From the NCBI RefSeq assembly GCF_009914755.1, contig NC_060928.1: a DNA stretch of 64,000 nt, one strand, 5' to 3'. Every line of letters starts with the position of its first letter. Position 1 is the first letter of the stretch. A program made the position numbers and the translations under genes. Below the pieces are notes generated by a model. The model was not told the origin of the DNA. It saw only the letters and a list, made by a program, of their open reading frames with translations, and made no database searches. The stretch comes from the human T2T-CHM13v2.0 reference genome, Homo sapiens. Below are positions 9,101 through 24,100 of the stretch, in pieces.

Positions 9101-12100
9101 ACACTTCCTTTCATAGAGCCGGTTTGAAACACTCTTTCTGCACTACCTGGAAGAGGACATTTCGAGCGCTTTGAGTCCTATGGTGAAAAAGGAAATATCT
9201 TCTCATAAAAACCAGAAAGAAGCATTCTCAGAAACTTCTTTGTGTTGTGTGTACTCATGTAACAGTGTTGAACCATCCTTTTGACAGAGCAGTTTTGAAA
9301 CACTCTTTTTGTAGAATCTGCAAGTGGATATTTGGATAGCTTTGAGGATTTCGTTGGAAACGGGATGACATATAATATCTAGAGAGAAGCATACTCAGGA
9401 ACTTCTTTGTGATGTTTGCATTCAAGTCACAGAATTGAACATTCCCTTTCATAGAGCAGGTTTGAAACACTCTTTCTCTAGTATCTGGAAGTGGGCATTT
9501 CAAGCGCTTTCAGGCCTATGGAGAGAAAGGAAATACCTTCAAATAAAAACTAGACAGAAGCATTCTCAGAAACTTATTTGTGATGTGTGTCCTCAACTAA
9601 CAGAGTTGAACCTTTGTTTTGATACAGCATTTTGGAAACACTCCTTTTGTAGAATCTGCAGGTGGATATTTGGATAACTTTGAAGATTTCGTTGGAAACC
9701 GGAATATCTTCATATAAAATCAAGACAGAAGCATTCTCGGAAACATCTCTGTGATGTTTGCATTCAACTCAGTAGAGTTGAACACTTCCTTTCATAGAGC
9801 CGGTTTGAAACACTCTTTCTGCACTACCTGGAAGCGGACATTTCGAGCGCTTTGAGGCCTATGGTGAAAAAGGAAATATCTTCTCATAAAAACCAGAAAG
9901 AAGCATTCTCAGAAACTTCTTTGTGTTGTGTGTACTCAAGTAACAGTGTTGAACCTTCCTTTTGACACAGCAGTTTTGAAACACTCTTTTGGTAGAATCT
10001 GCAAGTGGATATTTGGATAGCTTTGAGGATTTCGTTGGAAACGGGTTATCTTCATATAAAATCCAGACAGGAGCATTCTCAGAAACTTCTTTGTGCTGCA
10101 TGTCCTCAATTCACAGAGCTGAACCTTTGTTTGGATACAGCATTTTGGAAACATTCCTTTAGTAGAATCTGCAAGTTGATATTTAGATAGCTTTGAAGAT
10201 TTCGTTGGAAACGGGAATATCTTCATAGAAAATCTAGACGGAAGCATTCTCAGAAACTGCTTTGTGATGTTTGCATTCAAGTCACAGAGTTGAATATTCC
10301 CTTTTATAGAGTAGGTTTGAAACACTCTTTCGGCACTACCTGGAAGTGGATATTTCGAGCTCTTTGAGGCCTATGGTTAAAAGGAAATATCTTCCCATAA
10401 AAACTAGACAGAAGCCGTCTCAGAAACTTGTTTGTGATGTGTGTATTCAACTACCAGAGTTGAACATTTCTGTTACAGAGCAATTTTAAAACACTCTTTT
10501 TGTGGAATCTGAAAGTGGATAATTGGATAGCTTTGTGGATTTCGTTGGAAACGGGATGACGTATAAAATCTAGAGAGAAGCATTCTCAGGAACTTCTTTC
10601 TGATGTTTGCATTCAAGTCACAGAATTGAACATTCCTTTTCATAGTGCAGGTTTGAAACACTCTTTCTGTAGTATCTGGAAGTGGACATTTCAAGCGCTT
10701 TCAGGCCTACGGGGAGAAAGGAAATATCTTCAAATAAAAACTAGACAGAAGGATTCTCAGAAACTTATTTGTGATGTGTGTCCTAAACGAACACAGTTGA
10801 ACCTTTGTTTTGATACAGCATTTTGGAAACACTCCTTTTGTAGGATCTGCAGGTGGATATTTGGATAGATTTTAAGATTTCGTTGGAAACGGGAGTTTCT
10901 TCATAGAAACTCAAGACAGATGCATTCTCAGAAACATCTCTGTGATGTTTGCATTCCACTCATAGAGTTGAAAACTTCCTTTCATAGAGCAGGTTTGAAA
11001 CACTCTTTTTGTAATATTTGGAAGTGGACATTTGCAGCGCTTTGAGGCCTATGGTGAAAAAGGAAATATCTTCTCATAAAAACCAGAAACAAGCATTCTC
11101 AGAAACTTCTTTTTGATGTGTGTACTCAAGTAACAGAGTTGAACCTTCCTTTTGACACAGCAGTTTTGAAACAATCTTTTTGTAGAATCTGCAAGTGGAT
11201 ATTTGGATAGCTTTGAGGATTTCGTTGGAAACGGGATATCTTCATATAAAATCTAGACAGAAGCATTCTCAGAAACTTCTTTGTGCTGTATGTCCTCAAT
11301 TAACAGAGTTGAACCATTGCTTGGATACAGCATTTTGGAAACATTCCTTGAGTAGAATCTGCAAGTTGATATTTAGATAGATTTGAAGATTTCGTTGGAA
11401 AAGGGAATATCTCCATAGAAAATCTAGAGGGAAGCATTCTCAGAAACTGCTTTGTGATGTTTCCATTCAAGTCACAGAGTTGAATATTCCCTTTTATAGA
11501 GCACGTTTGAAACACTCTTTCTGCACTATCTGGAAGTGGACATTTCGAGCGCTTTGAGGCCTATGGTGAAAAAGGAAATATCTTCCCATAAAAACTAGAC
11601 AGAAGCATTCTCAGAAACTTGTTTGTGATGTGTGTATTCAACTAACAGAGTTGAACTTTTGTTTTTACAGAGCCGTTTTAAAACACTCTTTTTGTGGAAT
11701 CAGAAAGTGGATATTCGGATGGCTCTGAGGATTTCGTTGGAAGCGGGATTACATATAAAATCTAGAGAGAAGCATTCTCAGGAACTTCTTTGTGATGTTT
11801 GCATTGAAGTCACAGAATTGAACATTCACTTTGATAGAGCAGGTTTGAAACACTCATTCTGTAGTATCTGGAAGTGGACATTTCAAGCGCTTTCAGGCCT
11901 ATGGTGAGAAAGGAAATATCTTCGAATAAAAACTAGACAGAAGCATCCTCAGAAACTTATTTGTGATGTGTGTCCTCAACTAACAGAGTTGAAACTTTGT
12001 TTTGATACAGCATTTTGGAAACACTCTTTTTGTAGAATCTGCAGGTGGATATTTGGATAGCTTAGAGGGATTCGTTGGAAAGGGGATATCTTCATATAAA

Positions 12101-15100
12101 ATCTAGACAGAAGCATTCTCAGAAACTTATTTGTGATGTGTGTCCTCAACTAACAGAGTTGAACCTTGGTTTTGATACAGCATTTTGGAAACACTCCTTT
12201 TGTAGAATCTGCAGGTGGATATGTGGATAGCTCTGAAGATTTCGTTGGAAACGGGAATTTCTTCATATAAAATCAAACAGAAGCATTCTCAGAAACTTCT
12301 CAGTGATGTTTGCATTCAGCTCATGGAGTTGAACACTTCCTTTCATAGAGCCGGTTTGAAACACTCTTTCTGCACTACCTGGAAGAGGACATTTCGAGCG
12401 CTTTGAGTCCTATGGTGAAAAAGGAAATATCTTCTCATAAAAACCAGAAAGAAGCATTCTCAGAAACTTCTTTGTGTTGTGTGTACTCATGTAACAGTGT
12501 TGAACCATCCTTTTGACAGAGCAGTTTTGAAACACTCTTTTTGTAGAATCTGCAAGTGGATATTTGGATAGCTTTGAGGATTTCGTTGGAAACGGGATGA
12601 CATATAATATCTAGAGAGAAGCATACTCAGGAACTTCTTTGTGATGTTTGCATTCAAGTCACAGAATTGAACATTCCCTTTCATAGAGCAGGTTTGAAAC
12701 ACTCTTTCTCTAGTATCTGGAAGTGGGCATTTCAAGCGCTTTCAGGCCTATGGAGAGAAAGGAAATACCTTCAAATAAAAACTAGACAGAAGCATTCTCA
12801 GAAACTTATTTGTGATGTGTGTCCTCAACTAACAGAGTTGAACCTTTGTTTTGATACAGCATTTTGGAAACACTCCTTTTGTAGAATCTGCAGGTGGATA
12901 TTTGGATAACTTTGAAGATTTCGTTGGAAACCGGAATATCTTCATATAAAATCAAGACAGAAGCATTCTCGGAAACATCTCTGTGATGTTTGCATTCAAC
13001 TCAGTAGAGTTGAACACTTCCTTTCATAGAGCCGGTTTGAAACACTCTTTCTGCACTACCTGGAAGCGGACATTTCGAGCGCTTTGAGGCCTATGGTGAA
13101 AAAGGAAATATCTTCTCATAAAAACCAGAAAGAAGCATTCTCAGAAACTTCTTTGTGTTGTGTGTACTCAAGTAACAGTGTTGAACCTTCCTTTTGACAC
13201 AGCAGTTTTGAAACACTCTTTTGGTAGAATCTGCAAGTGGATATTTGGATAGCTTTGAGGATTTCGTTGGAAACGGGTTATCTTCATATAAAATCCAGAC
13301 AGGAGCATTCTCAGAAACTTCTTTGTGCTGCATGTCCTCAATTCACAGAGCTGAACCTTTGTTTGGATACAGCATTTTGGAAACATTCCTTTAGTAGAAT
13401 CTGCAAGTTGATATTTAGATAGCTTTGAAGATTTCGTTGGAAACGGGAATATCTTCATAGAAAATCTAGACGGAAGCATTCTCAGAAACTGCTTTGTGAT
13501 GTTTGCATTCAAGTCACAGAGTTGAATATTCCCTTTTATAGAGTAGGTTTGAAACACTCTTTCGGCACTACCTGGAAGTGGATATTTCGAGCTCTTTGAG
13601 GCCTATGGTTAAAAGGAAATATCTTCCCATAAAAACTAGACAGAAGCCGTCTCAGAAACTTGTTTGTGATGTGTGTATTCAACTACCAGAGTTGAACATT
13701 TCTGTTACAGAGCAATTTTAAAACACTCTTTTTGTGGAATCTGAAAGTGGATAATTGGATAGCTTTGTGGATTTCGTTGGAAACGGGATGACGTATAAAA
13801 TCTAGAGAGAAGCATTCTCAGGAACTTCTTTCTGATGTTTGCATTCAAGTCACAGAATTGAACATTCCTTTTCATAGTGCAGGTTTGAAACACTCTTTCT
13901 GTAGTATCTGGAAGTGGACATTTCAAGCGCTTTCAGGCCTACGGGGAGAAAGGAAATATCTTCAAATAAAAACTAGACAGAAGGATTCTCAGAAACTTAT
14001 TTGTGATGTGTGTCCTAAACGAACACAGTTGAACCTTTGTTTTGATACAGCATTTTGGAAACACTCCTTTTGTAGGATCTGCAGGTGGATATTTGGATAG
14101 ATTTTAAGATTTCGTTGGAAACGGGAGTTTCTTCATAGAAACTCAAGACAGATGCATTCTCAGAAACATCTCTGTGATGTTTGCATTCCACTCATAGAGT
14201 TGAAAACTTCCTTTCATAGAGCAGGTTTGAAACACTCTTTTTGTAATATTTGGAAGTGGACATTTGCAGCGCTTTGAGGCCTATGGTGAAAAAGGAAATA
14301 TCTTCTCATAAAAACCAGAAACAAGCATTCTCAGAAACTTCTTTTTGATGTGTGTACTCAAGTAACAGAGTTGAACCTTCCTTTTGACACAGCAGTTTTG
14401 AAACAATCTTTTTGTAGAATCTGCAAGTGGATATTTGGATAGCTTTGAGGATTTCGTTGGAAACGGGATATCTTCATATAAAATCTAGACAGAAGCATTC
14501 TCAGAAACTTCTTTGTGCTGTATGTCCTCAATTAACAGAGTTGAACCATTGCTTGGATACAGCATTTTGGAAACATTCCTTGAGTAGAATCTGCAAGTTG
14601 ATATTTAGATAGATTTGAAGATTTCGTTGGAAAAGGGAATATCTCCATAGAAAATCTAGAGGGAAGCATTCTCAGAAACTGCTTTGTGATGTTTCCATTC
14701 AAGTCACAGAGTTGAATATTCCCTTTTATAGAGCACGTTTGAAACACTCTTTCTGCACTATCTGGAAGTGGACATTTCGAGCGCTTTGAGGCCTATGGTG
14801 AAAAAGGAAATATCTTCCCATAAAAACTAGACAGAAGCATTCTCAGAAACTTGTTTGTGATGTGTGTATTCAACTAACAGAGTTGAACTTTTGTTTTTAC
14901 AGAGCCGTTTTAAAACACTCTTTTTGTGGAATCAGAAAGTGGATATTCGGATGGCTCTGAGGATTTCGTTGGAAGCGGGATTACATATAAAATCTAGAGA
15001 GAAGCATTCTCAGGAACTTCTTTGTGATGTTTGCATTGAAGTCACAGAATTGAACATTCACTTTGATAGAGCAGGTTTGAAACACTCATTCTGTAGTATC

Positions 15101-18100
15101 TGGAAGTGGACATTTCAAGCGCTTTCAGGCCTATGGTGAGAAAGGAAATATCTTCGAATAAAAACTAGACAGAAGCATCCTCAGAAACTTATTTGTGATG
15201 TGTGTCCTCAACTAACAGAGTTGAAACTTTGTTTTGATACAGCATTTTGGAAACACTCTTTTTGTAGAATCTGCAGGTGGATATTTGGATAGCTTAGAGG
15301 GATTCGTTGGAAAGGGGATATCTTCATATAAAATCTAGACAGAAGCATTCTCAGAAACTTATTTGTGATGTGTGTCCTCAACTAACAGAGTTGAACCTTG
15401 GTTTTGATACAGCATTTTGGAAACACTCCTTTTGTAGAATCTGCAGGTGGATATGTGGATAGCTCTGAAGATTTCGTTGGAAACGGGAATTTCTTCATAT
15501 AAAATCAAACAGAAGCATTCTCAGAAACTTCTCAGTGATGTTTGCATTCAGCTCATGGAGTTGAACACTTCCTTTCATAGAGCCGGTTTGAAACACTCTT
15601 TCTGCACTACCTGGAAGAGGACATTTCGAGCGCTTTGAGTCCTATGGTGAAAAAGGAAATATCTTCTCATAAAAACCAGAAAGAAGCATTCTCAGAAACT
15701 TCTTTGTGTTGTGTGTACTCATGTAACAGTGTTGAACCATCCTTTTGACAGAGCAGTTTTGAAACACTCTTTTTGTAGAATCTGCAAGTGGATATTTGGA
15801 TAGCTTTGAGGATTTCGTTGGAAACGGGATGACATATAATATCTAGAGAGAAGCATTCTCAGGAACTTCTTTGTGATGTTTGCATTCAAGTCACAGAATT
15901 GAACATTCCCTTTCATAGAGCAGGTTTGAAACACTCTTTCTCTAGTATCTGGAAGTGGGCATTTCAAGCGCTTTCAGGCCTATGGAGAGAAAGGAAATAC
16001 CTTCAAATAAAAACTAGACAGAAGCATTCTCAGAAACTTATTTGTGATGTGTGTCCTCAACTAACAGAGTTGAACCTTTGTTTTGATACAGCATTTTGGA
16101 AACACTCCTTTTGTAGAATCTGCAGGTGGATATTTGGATAACTTTGAAGATTTCGTTGGAAACCGGAATATCTTCATATAAAATCAAGACAGAAGCATTC
16201 TCGGAAACATCTCTGTGATGTTTGCATTCAACTCAGTAGAGTTGAACACTTCCTTTCATAGAGCCGGTTTGAAACACTCTTTCTGCACTACCTGGAAGCG
16301 GACATTTCGAGCGCTTTGAGGCCTATGGTGAAAAAGGAAATATCTTCTCATAAAAACCAGAAAGAAGCATTCTCAGAAACTTCTTTGTGTTGTGTGTACT
16401 CAAGTAACAGTGTTGAACCTTCCTTTTGACACAGCAGTTTTGAAACACTCTTTTGGTAGAATCTGCAAGTGGATATTTGGATAGCTTTGAGGATTTCGTT
16501 GGAAACGGGTTATCTTCATATAAAATCCAGACAGGAGCATTCTCAGAAACTTCTTTGTGCTGCATGTCCTCAATTCACAGAGCTGAACCTTTGTTTGGAT
16601 ACAGCATTTTGGAAACATTCCTTTAGTAGAATCTGCAAGTTGATATTTAGATAGCTTTGAAGATTTCGTTGGAAACGGGAATATCTTCATAGAAAATCTA
16701 GACGGAAGCATTCTCAGAAACTGCTTTGTGATGTTTGCATTCAAGTCACAGAGTTGAATATTCCCTTTTATAGAGTAGGTTTGAAACACTCTTTCGGCAC
16801 TACCTGGAAGTGGATATTTCGAGCTCTTTGAGGCCTATGGTTAAAAGGAAATATCTTCCCATAAAAACTAGACAGAAGCCGTCTCAGAAACTTGTTTGTG
16901 ATGTGTGTATTCAACTACCAGAGTTGAACATTTCTGTTACAGAGCAATTTTAAAACACTCTTTTTGTGGAATCTGAAAGTGGATAATTGGATAGCTTTGT
17001 GGATTTCGTTGGAAACGGGATGACGTATAAAATCTAGAGAGAAGCATTCTCAGGAACTTCTTTCTGATGTTTGCATTCAAGTCACAGAATTGAACATTCC
17101 TTTTCATAGTGCAGGTTTGAAACACTCTTTCTGTAGTATCTGGAAGTGGACATTTCAAGCGCTTTCAGGCCTACGGGGAGAAAGGAAATATCTTCAAATA
17201 AAAACTAGACAGAAGGATTCTCAGAAACTTATTTGTGATGTGTGTCCTAAACGAACACAGTTGAACCTTTGTTTTGATACAGCATTTTGGAAACACTCCT
17301 TTTGTAGGATCTGCAGGTGGATATTTGGATAGATTTTAAGATTTCGTTGGAAACGGGAGTTTCTTCATAGAAACTCAAGACAGATGCATTCTCAGAAACA
17401 TCTCTGTGATGTTTGCATTCCACTCATAGAGTTGAAAACTTCCTTTCATAGAGCAGGTTTGAAACACTCTTTTTGTAATATTTGGAAGTGGACATTTGCA
17501 GCGCTTTGAGGCCTATGGTGAAAAAGGAAATATCTTCTCATAAAAACCAGAAACAAGCATTCTCAGAAACTTCTTTTTGATGTGTGTACTCAAGTAACAG
17601 AGTTGAACCTTCCTTTTGACACAGCAGTTTTGAAACAATCTTTTTGTAGAATCTGCAAGTGGATATTTGGATAGCTTTGAGGATTTCGTTGGAAACGGGA
17701 TATCTTCATATAAAATCTAGACAGAAGCATTCTCAGAAACTTCTTTGTGCTGTATGTCCTCAATTAACAGAGTTGAACCATTGCTTGGATACAGCATTTT
17801 GGAAACATTCCTTGAGTAGAATCTGCAAGTTGATATTTAGATAGATTTGAAGATTTCGTTGGAAAAGGGAATATCTCCATAGAAAATCTAGAGGGAAGCA
17901 TTCTCAGAAACTGCTTTGTGATGTTTCCATTCAAGTCACAGAGTTGAATATTCCCTTTTATAGAGCACGTTTGAAACACTCTTTCTGCACTATCTGGAAG
18001 TGGACATTTCGAGCGCTTTGAGGCCTATGGTGAAAAAGGAAATATCTTCCCATAAAAACTAGACAGAAGCATTCTCAGAAACTTGTTTGTGATGTGTGTA

Positions 18101-21100
18101 TTCAACTAACAGAGTTGAACTTTTGTTTTTACAGAGCCGTTTTAAAACACTCTTTTTGTGGAATCAGAAAGTGGATATTCGGATGGCTCTGAGGATTTCG
18201 TTGGAAGCGGGATTACATATAAAATCTAGAGAGAAGCATTCTCAGGAACTTCTTTGTGATGTTTGCATTGAAGTCACAGAATTGAACATTCACTTTGATA
18301 GAGCAGGTTTGAAACACTCATTCTGTAGTATCTGGAAGTGGACATTTCAAGCGCTTTCAGGCCTATGGTGAGAAAGGAAATATCTTCGAATAAAAACTAG
18401 ACAGAAGCATCCTCAGAAACTTATTTGTGATGTGTGTCCTCAACTAACAGAGTTGAAACTTTGTTTTGATACAGCATTTTGGAAACACTCTTTTTGTAGA
18501 ATCTGCAGGTGGATATTTGGATAGCTTAGAGGGATTCGTTGGAAAGGGGATATCTTCATATAAAATCTAGACAGAAGCATTCTCAGAAACTTATTTGTGA
18601 TGTGTGTCCTCAACTAACAGAGTTGAACCTTGGTTTTGATACAGCATTTTGGAAACACTCCTTTTGTAGAATCTGCAGGTGGATATGTGGATAGCTCTGA
18701 AGATTTCGTTGGAAACGGGAATTTCTTCATATAAAATCAAACAGAAGCATTCTCAGAAACTTCTCAGTGATGTTTGCATTCAGCTCATGGAGTTGAACAC
18801 TTCCTTTCATAGAGCCGGTTTGAAACACTCTTTCTGCACTACCTGGAAGAGGACATTTCGAGCGCTTTGAGTCCTATGGTGAAAAAGGAAATATCTTCTC
18901 ATAAAAACCAGAAAGAAGCATTCTCAGAAACTTCTTTGTGTTGTGTGTACTCATGTAACAGTGTTGAACCATCCTTTTGACAGAGCAGTTTTGAAACACT
19001 CTTTTTGTAGAATCTGCAAGTGGATATTTGGATAGCTTTGAGGATTTCGTTGGAAACGGGATGACATATAATATCTAGAGAGAAGCATTCTCAGGAACTT
19101 CTTTGTGATGTTTGCATTCAAGTCACAGAATTGAACATTCCCTTTCATAGAGCAGGTTTGAAACACTCTTTCTCTAGTATCTGGAAGTGGGCATTTCAAG
19201 CGCTTTCAGGCCTATGGAGAGAAAGGAAATACCTTCAAATAAAAACTAGACAGAAGCATTCTCAGAAACTTATTTGTGATGTGTGTCCTCAACTAACAGA
19301 GTTGAACCTTTGTTTTGATACAGCATTTTGGAAACACTCCTTTTGTAGAATCTGCAGGTGGATATTTGGATAACTTTGAAGATTTCGTTGGAAACCGGAA
19401 TATCTTCATATAAAATCAAGACAGAAGCATTCTCGGAAACATCTCTGTGATGTTTGCATTCAACTCAGTAGAGTTGAACACTTCCTTTCATAGAGCCGGT
19501 TTGAAACACTCTTTCTGCACTACCTGGAAGCGGACATTTCGAGCGCTTTGAGGCCTATGGTGAAAAAGGAAATATCTTCTCATAAAAACCAGAAAGAAGC
19601 ATTCTCAGAAACTTCTTTGTGTTGTGTGTACTCAAGTAACAGTGTTGAACCTTCCTTTTGACACAGCAGTTTTGAAACACTCTTTTGGTAGAATCTGCAA
19701 GTGGATATTTGGATAGCTTTGAGGATTTCGTTGGAAACGGGTTATCTTCATATAAAATCCAGACAGGAGCATTCTCAGAAACTTCTTTGTGCTGCATGTC
19801 CTCAATTCACAGAGCTGAACCTTTGTTTGGATACAGCATTTTGGAAACATTCCTTTAGTAGAATCTGCAAGTTGATATTTAGATAGCTTTGAAGATTTCG
19901 TTGGAAACGGGAATATCTTCATAGAAAATCTAGACGGAAGCATTCTCAGAAACTGCTTTGTGATGTTTGCATTCAAGTCACAGAGTTGAATATTCCCTTT
20001 TATAGAGTAGGTTTGAAACACTCTTTCGGCACTACCTGGAAGTGGATATTTCGAGCTCTTTGAGGCCTATGGTTAAAAGGAAATATCTTCCCATAAAAAC
20101 TAGACAGAAGCCGTCTCAGAAACTTGTTTGTGATGTGTGTATTCAACTACCAGAGTTGAACATTTCTGTTACAGAGCAATTTTAAAACACTCTTTTTGTG
20201 GAATCTGAAAGTGGATAATTGGATAGCTTTGTGGATTTCGTTGGAAACGGGATGACGTATAAAATCTAGAGAGAAGCATTCTCAGGAACTTCTTTCTGAT
20301 GTTTGCATTCAAGTCACAGAATTGAACATTCCTTTTCATAGTGCAGGTTTGAAACACTCTTTCTGTAGTATCTGGAAGTGGACATTTCAAGCGCTTTCAG
20401 GCCTACGGGGAGAAAGGAAATATCTTCAAATAAAAACTAGACAGAAGGATTCTCAGAAACTTATTTGTGATGTGTGTCCTAAACGAACACAGTTGAACCT
20501 TTGTTTTGATACAGCATTTTGGAAACACTCCTTTTGTAGGATCTGCAGGTGGATATTTGGATAGATTTTAAGATTTCGTTGGAAACGGGAGTTTCTTCAT
20601 AGAAACTCAAGACAGATGCATTCTCAGAAACATCTCTGTGATGTTTGCATTCCACTCATAGAGTTGAAAACTTCCTTTCATAGAGCAGGTTTGAAACACT
20701 CTTTTTGTAATATTTGGAAGTGGACATTTGCAGCGCTTTGAGGCCTATGGTGAAAAAGGAAATATCTTCTCATAAAAACCAGAAACAAGCATTCTCAGAA
20801 ACTTCTTTTTGATGTGTGTACTCAAGTAACAGAGTTGAACCTTCCTTTTGACACAGCAGTTTTGAAACAATCTTTTTGTAGAATCTGCAAGTGGATATTT
20901 GGATAGCTTTGAGGATTTCGTTGGAAACGGGATATCTTCATATAAAATCTAGACAGAAGCATTCTCAGAAACTTCTTTGTGCTGTATGTCCTCAATTAAC
21001 AGAGTTGAACCATTGCTTGGATACAGCATTTTGGAAACATTCCTTGAGTAGAATCTGCAAGTTGATATTTAGATAGATTTGAAGATTTCGTTGGAAAAGG

Positions 21101-24100
21101 GAATATCTCCATAGAAAATCTAGAGGGAAGCATTCTCAGAAACTGCTTTGTGATGTTTCCATTCAAGTCACAGAGTTGAATATTCCCTTTTATAGAGCAC
21201 GTTTGAAACACTCTTTCTGCACTATCTGGAAGTGGACATTTCGAGCGCTTTGAGGCCTATGGTGAAAAAGGAAATATCTTCCCATAAAAACTAGACAGAA
21301 GCATTCTCAGAAACTTGTTTGTGATGTGTGTATTCAACTAACAGAGTTGAACTTTTGTTTTTACAGAGCCGTTTTAAAACACTCTTTTTGTGGAATCAGA
21401 AAGTGGATATTCGGATGGCTCTGAGGATTTCGTTGGAAGCGGGATTACATATAAAATCTAGAGAGAAGCATTCTCAGGAACTTCTTTGTGATGTTTGCAT
21501 TGAAGTCACAGAATTGAACATTCACTTTGATAGAGCAGGTTTGAAACACTCATTCTGTAGTATCTGGAAGTGGACATTTCAAGCGCTTTCAGGCCTATGG
21601 TGAGAAAGGAAATATCTTCGAATAAAAACTAGACAGAAGCATCCTCAGAAACTTATTTGTGATGTGTGTCCTCAACTAACAGAGTTGAAACTTTGTTTTG
21701 ATACAGCATTTTGGAAACACTCTTTTTGTAGAATCTGCAGGTGGATATTTGGATAGCTTAGAGGGATTCGTTGGAAAGGGGATATCTTCATATAAAATCT
21801 AGACAGAAGCATTCTCAGAAACTTATTTGTGATGTGTGTCCTCAACTAACAGAGTTGAACCTTGGTTTTGATACAGCATTTTGGAAACACTCCTTTTGTA
21901 GAATCTGCAGGTGGATATGTGGATAGCTCTGAAGATTTCGTTGGAAACGGGAATTTCTTCATATAAAATCAAACAGAAGCATTCTCAGAAACTTCTCAGT
22001 GATGTTTGCATTCAGCTCATGGAGTTGAACACTTCCTTTCATAGAGCCGGTTTGAAACACTCTTTCTGCACTACCTGGAAGAGGACATTTCGAGCGCTTT
22101 GAGTCCTATGGTGAAAAAGGAAATATCTTCTCATAAAAACCAGAAAGAAGCATTCTCAGAAACTTCTTTGTGTTGTGTGTACTCATGTAACAGTGTTGAA
22201 CCATCCTTTTGACAGAGCAGTTTTGAAACACTCTTTTTGTAGAATCTGCAAGTGGATATTTGGATAGCTTTGAGGATTTCGTTGGAAACGGGATGACATA
22301 TAATATCTAGAGAGAAGCATTCTCAGGAACTTCTTTGTGATGTTTGCATTCAAGTCACAGAATTGAACATTCCCTTTCATAGAGCAGGTTTGAAACACTC
22401 TTTCTCTAGTATCTGGAAGTGGGCATTTCAAGCGCTTTCAGGCCTATGGAGAGAAAGGAAATACCTTCAAATAAAAACTAGACAGAAGCATTCTCAGAAA
22501 CTTATTTGTGATGTGTGTCCTCAACTAACAGAGTTGAACCTTTGTTTTGATACAGCATTTTGGAAACACTCCTTTTGTAGAATCTGCAGGTGGATATTTG
22601 GATAACTTTGAAGATTTCGTTGGAAACCGGAATATCTTCATATAAAATCAAGACAGAAGCATTCTCGGAAACATCTCTGTGATGTTTGCATTCAACTCAG
22701 TAGAGTTGAACACTTCCTTTCATAGAGCCGGTTTGAAACACTCTTTCTGCACTACCTGGAAGCGGACATTTCGAGCGCTTTGAGGCCTATGGTGAAAAAG
22801 GAAATATCTTCTCATAAAAACCAGAAAGAAGCATTCTCAGAAACTTCTTTGTGTTGTGTGTACTCAAGTAACAGTGTTGAACCTTCCTTTTGACACAGCA
22901 GTTTTGAAACACTCTTTTGGTAGAATCTGCAAGTGGATATTTGGATAGCTTTGAGGATTTCGTTGGAAACGGGTTATCTTCATATAAAATCCAGACAGGA
23001 GCATTCTCAGAAACTTCTTTGTGCTGCATGTCCTCAATTCACAGAGCTGAACCTTTGTTTGGATACAGCATTTTGGAAACATTCCTTTAGTAGAATCTGC
23101 AAGTTGATATTTAGATAGCTTTGAAGATTTCGTTGGAAACGGGAATATCTTCATAGAAAATCTAGACGGAAGCATTCTCAGAAACTGCTTTGTGATGTTT
23201 GCATTCAAGTCACAGAGTTGAATATTCCCTTTTATAGAGTAGGTTTGAAACACTCTTTCGGCACTACCTGGAAGTGGATATTTCGAGCTCTTTGAGGCCT
23301 ATGGTTAAAAGGAAATATCTTCCCATAAAAACTAGACAGAAGCCGTCTCAGAAACTTGTTTGTGATGTGTGTATTCAACTACCAGAGTTGAACATTTCTG
23401 TTACAGAGCAATTTTAAAACACTCTTTTTGTGGAATCTGAAAGTGGATAATTGGATAGCTTTGTGGATTTCGTTGGAAACGGGATGACGTATAAAATCTA
23501 GAGAGAAGCATTCTCAGGAACTTCTTTCTGATGTTTGCATTCAAGTCACAGAATTGAACATTCCTTTTCATAGTGCAGGTTTGAAACACTCTTTCTGTAG
23601 TATCTGGAAGTGGACATTTCAAGCGCTTTCAGGCCTACGGGGAGAAAGGAAATATCTTCAAATAAAAACTAGACAGAAGGATTCTCAGAAACTTATTTGT
23701 GATGTGTGTCCTAAACGAACACAGTTGAACCTTTGTTTTGATACAGCATTTTGGAAACACTCCTTTTGTAGGATCTGCAGGTGGATATTTGGATAGATTT
23801 TAAGATTTCGTTGGAAACGGGAGTTTCTTCATAGAAACTCAAGACAGATGCATTCTCAGAAACATCTCTGTGATGTTTGCATTCCACTCATAGAGTTGAA
23901 AACTTCCTTTCATAGAGCAGGTTTGAAACACTCTTTTTGTAATATTTGGAAGTGGACATTTGCAGCGCTTTGAGGCCTATGGTGAAAAAGGAAATATCTT
24001 CTCATAAAAACCAGAAACAAGCATTCTCAGAAACTTCTTTTTGATGTGTGTACTCAAGTAACAGAGTTGAACCTTCCTTTTGACACAGCAGTTTTGAAAC

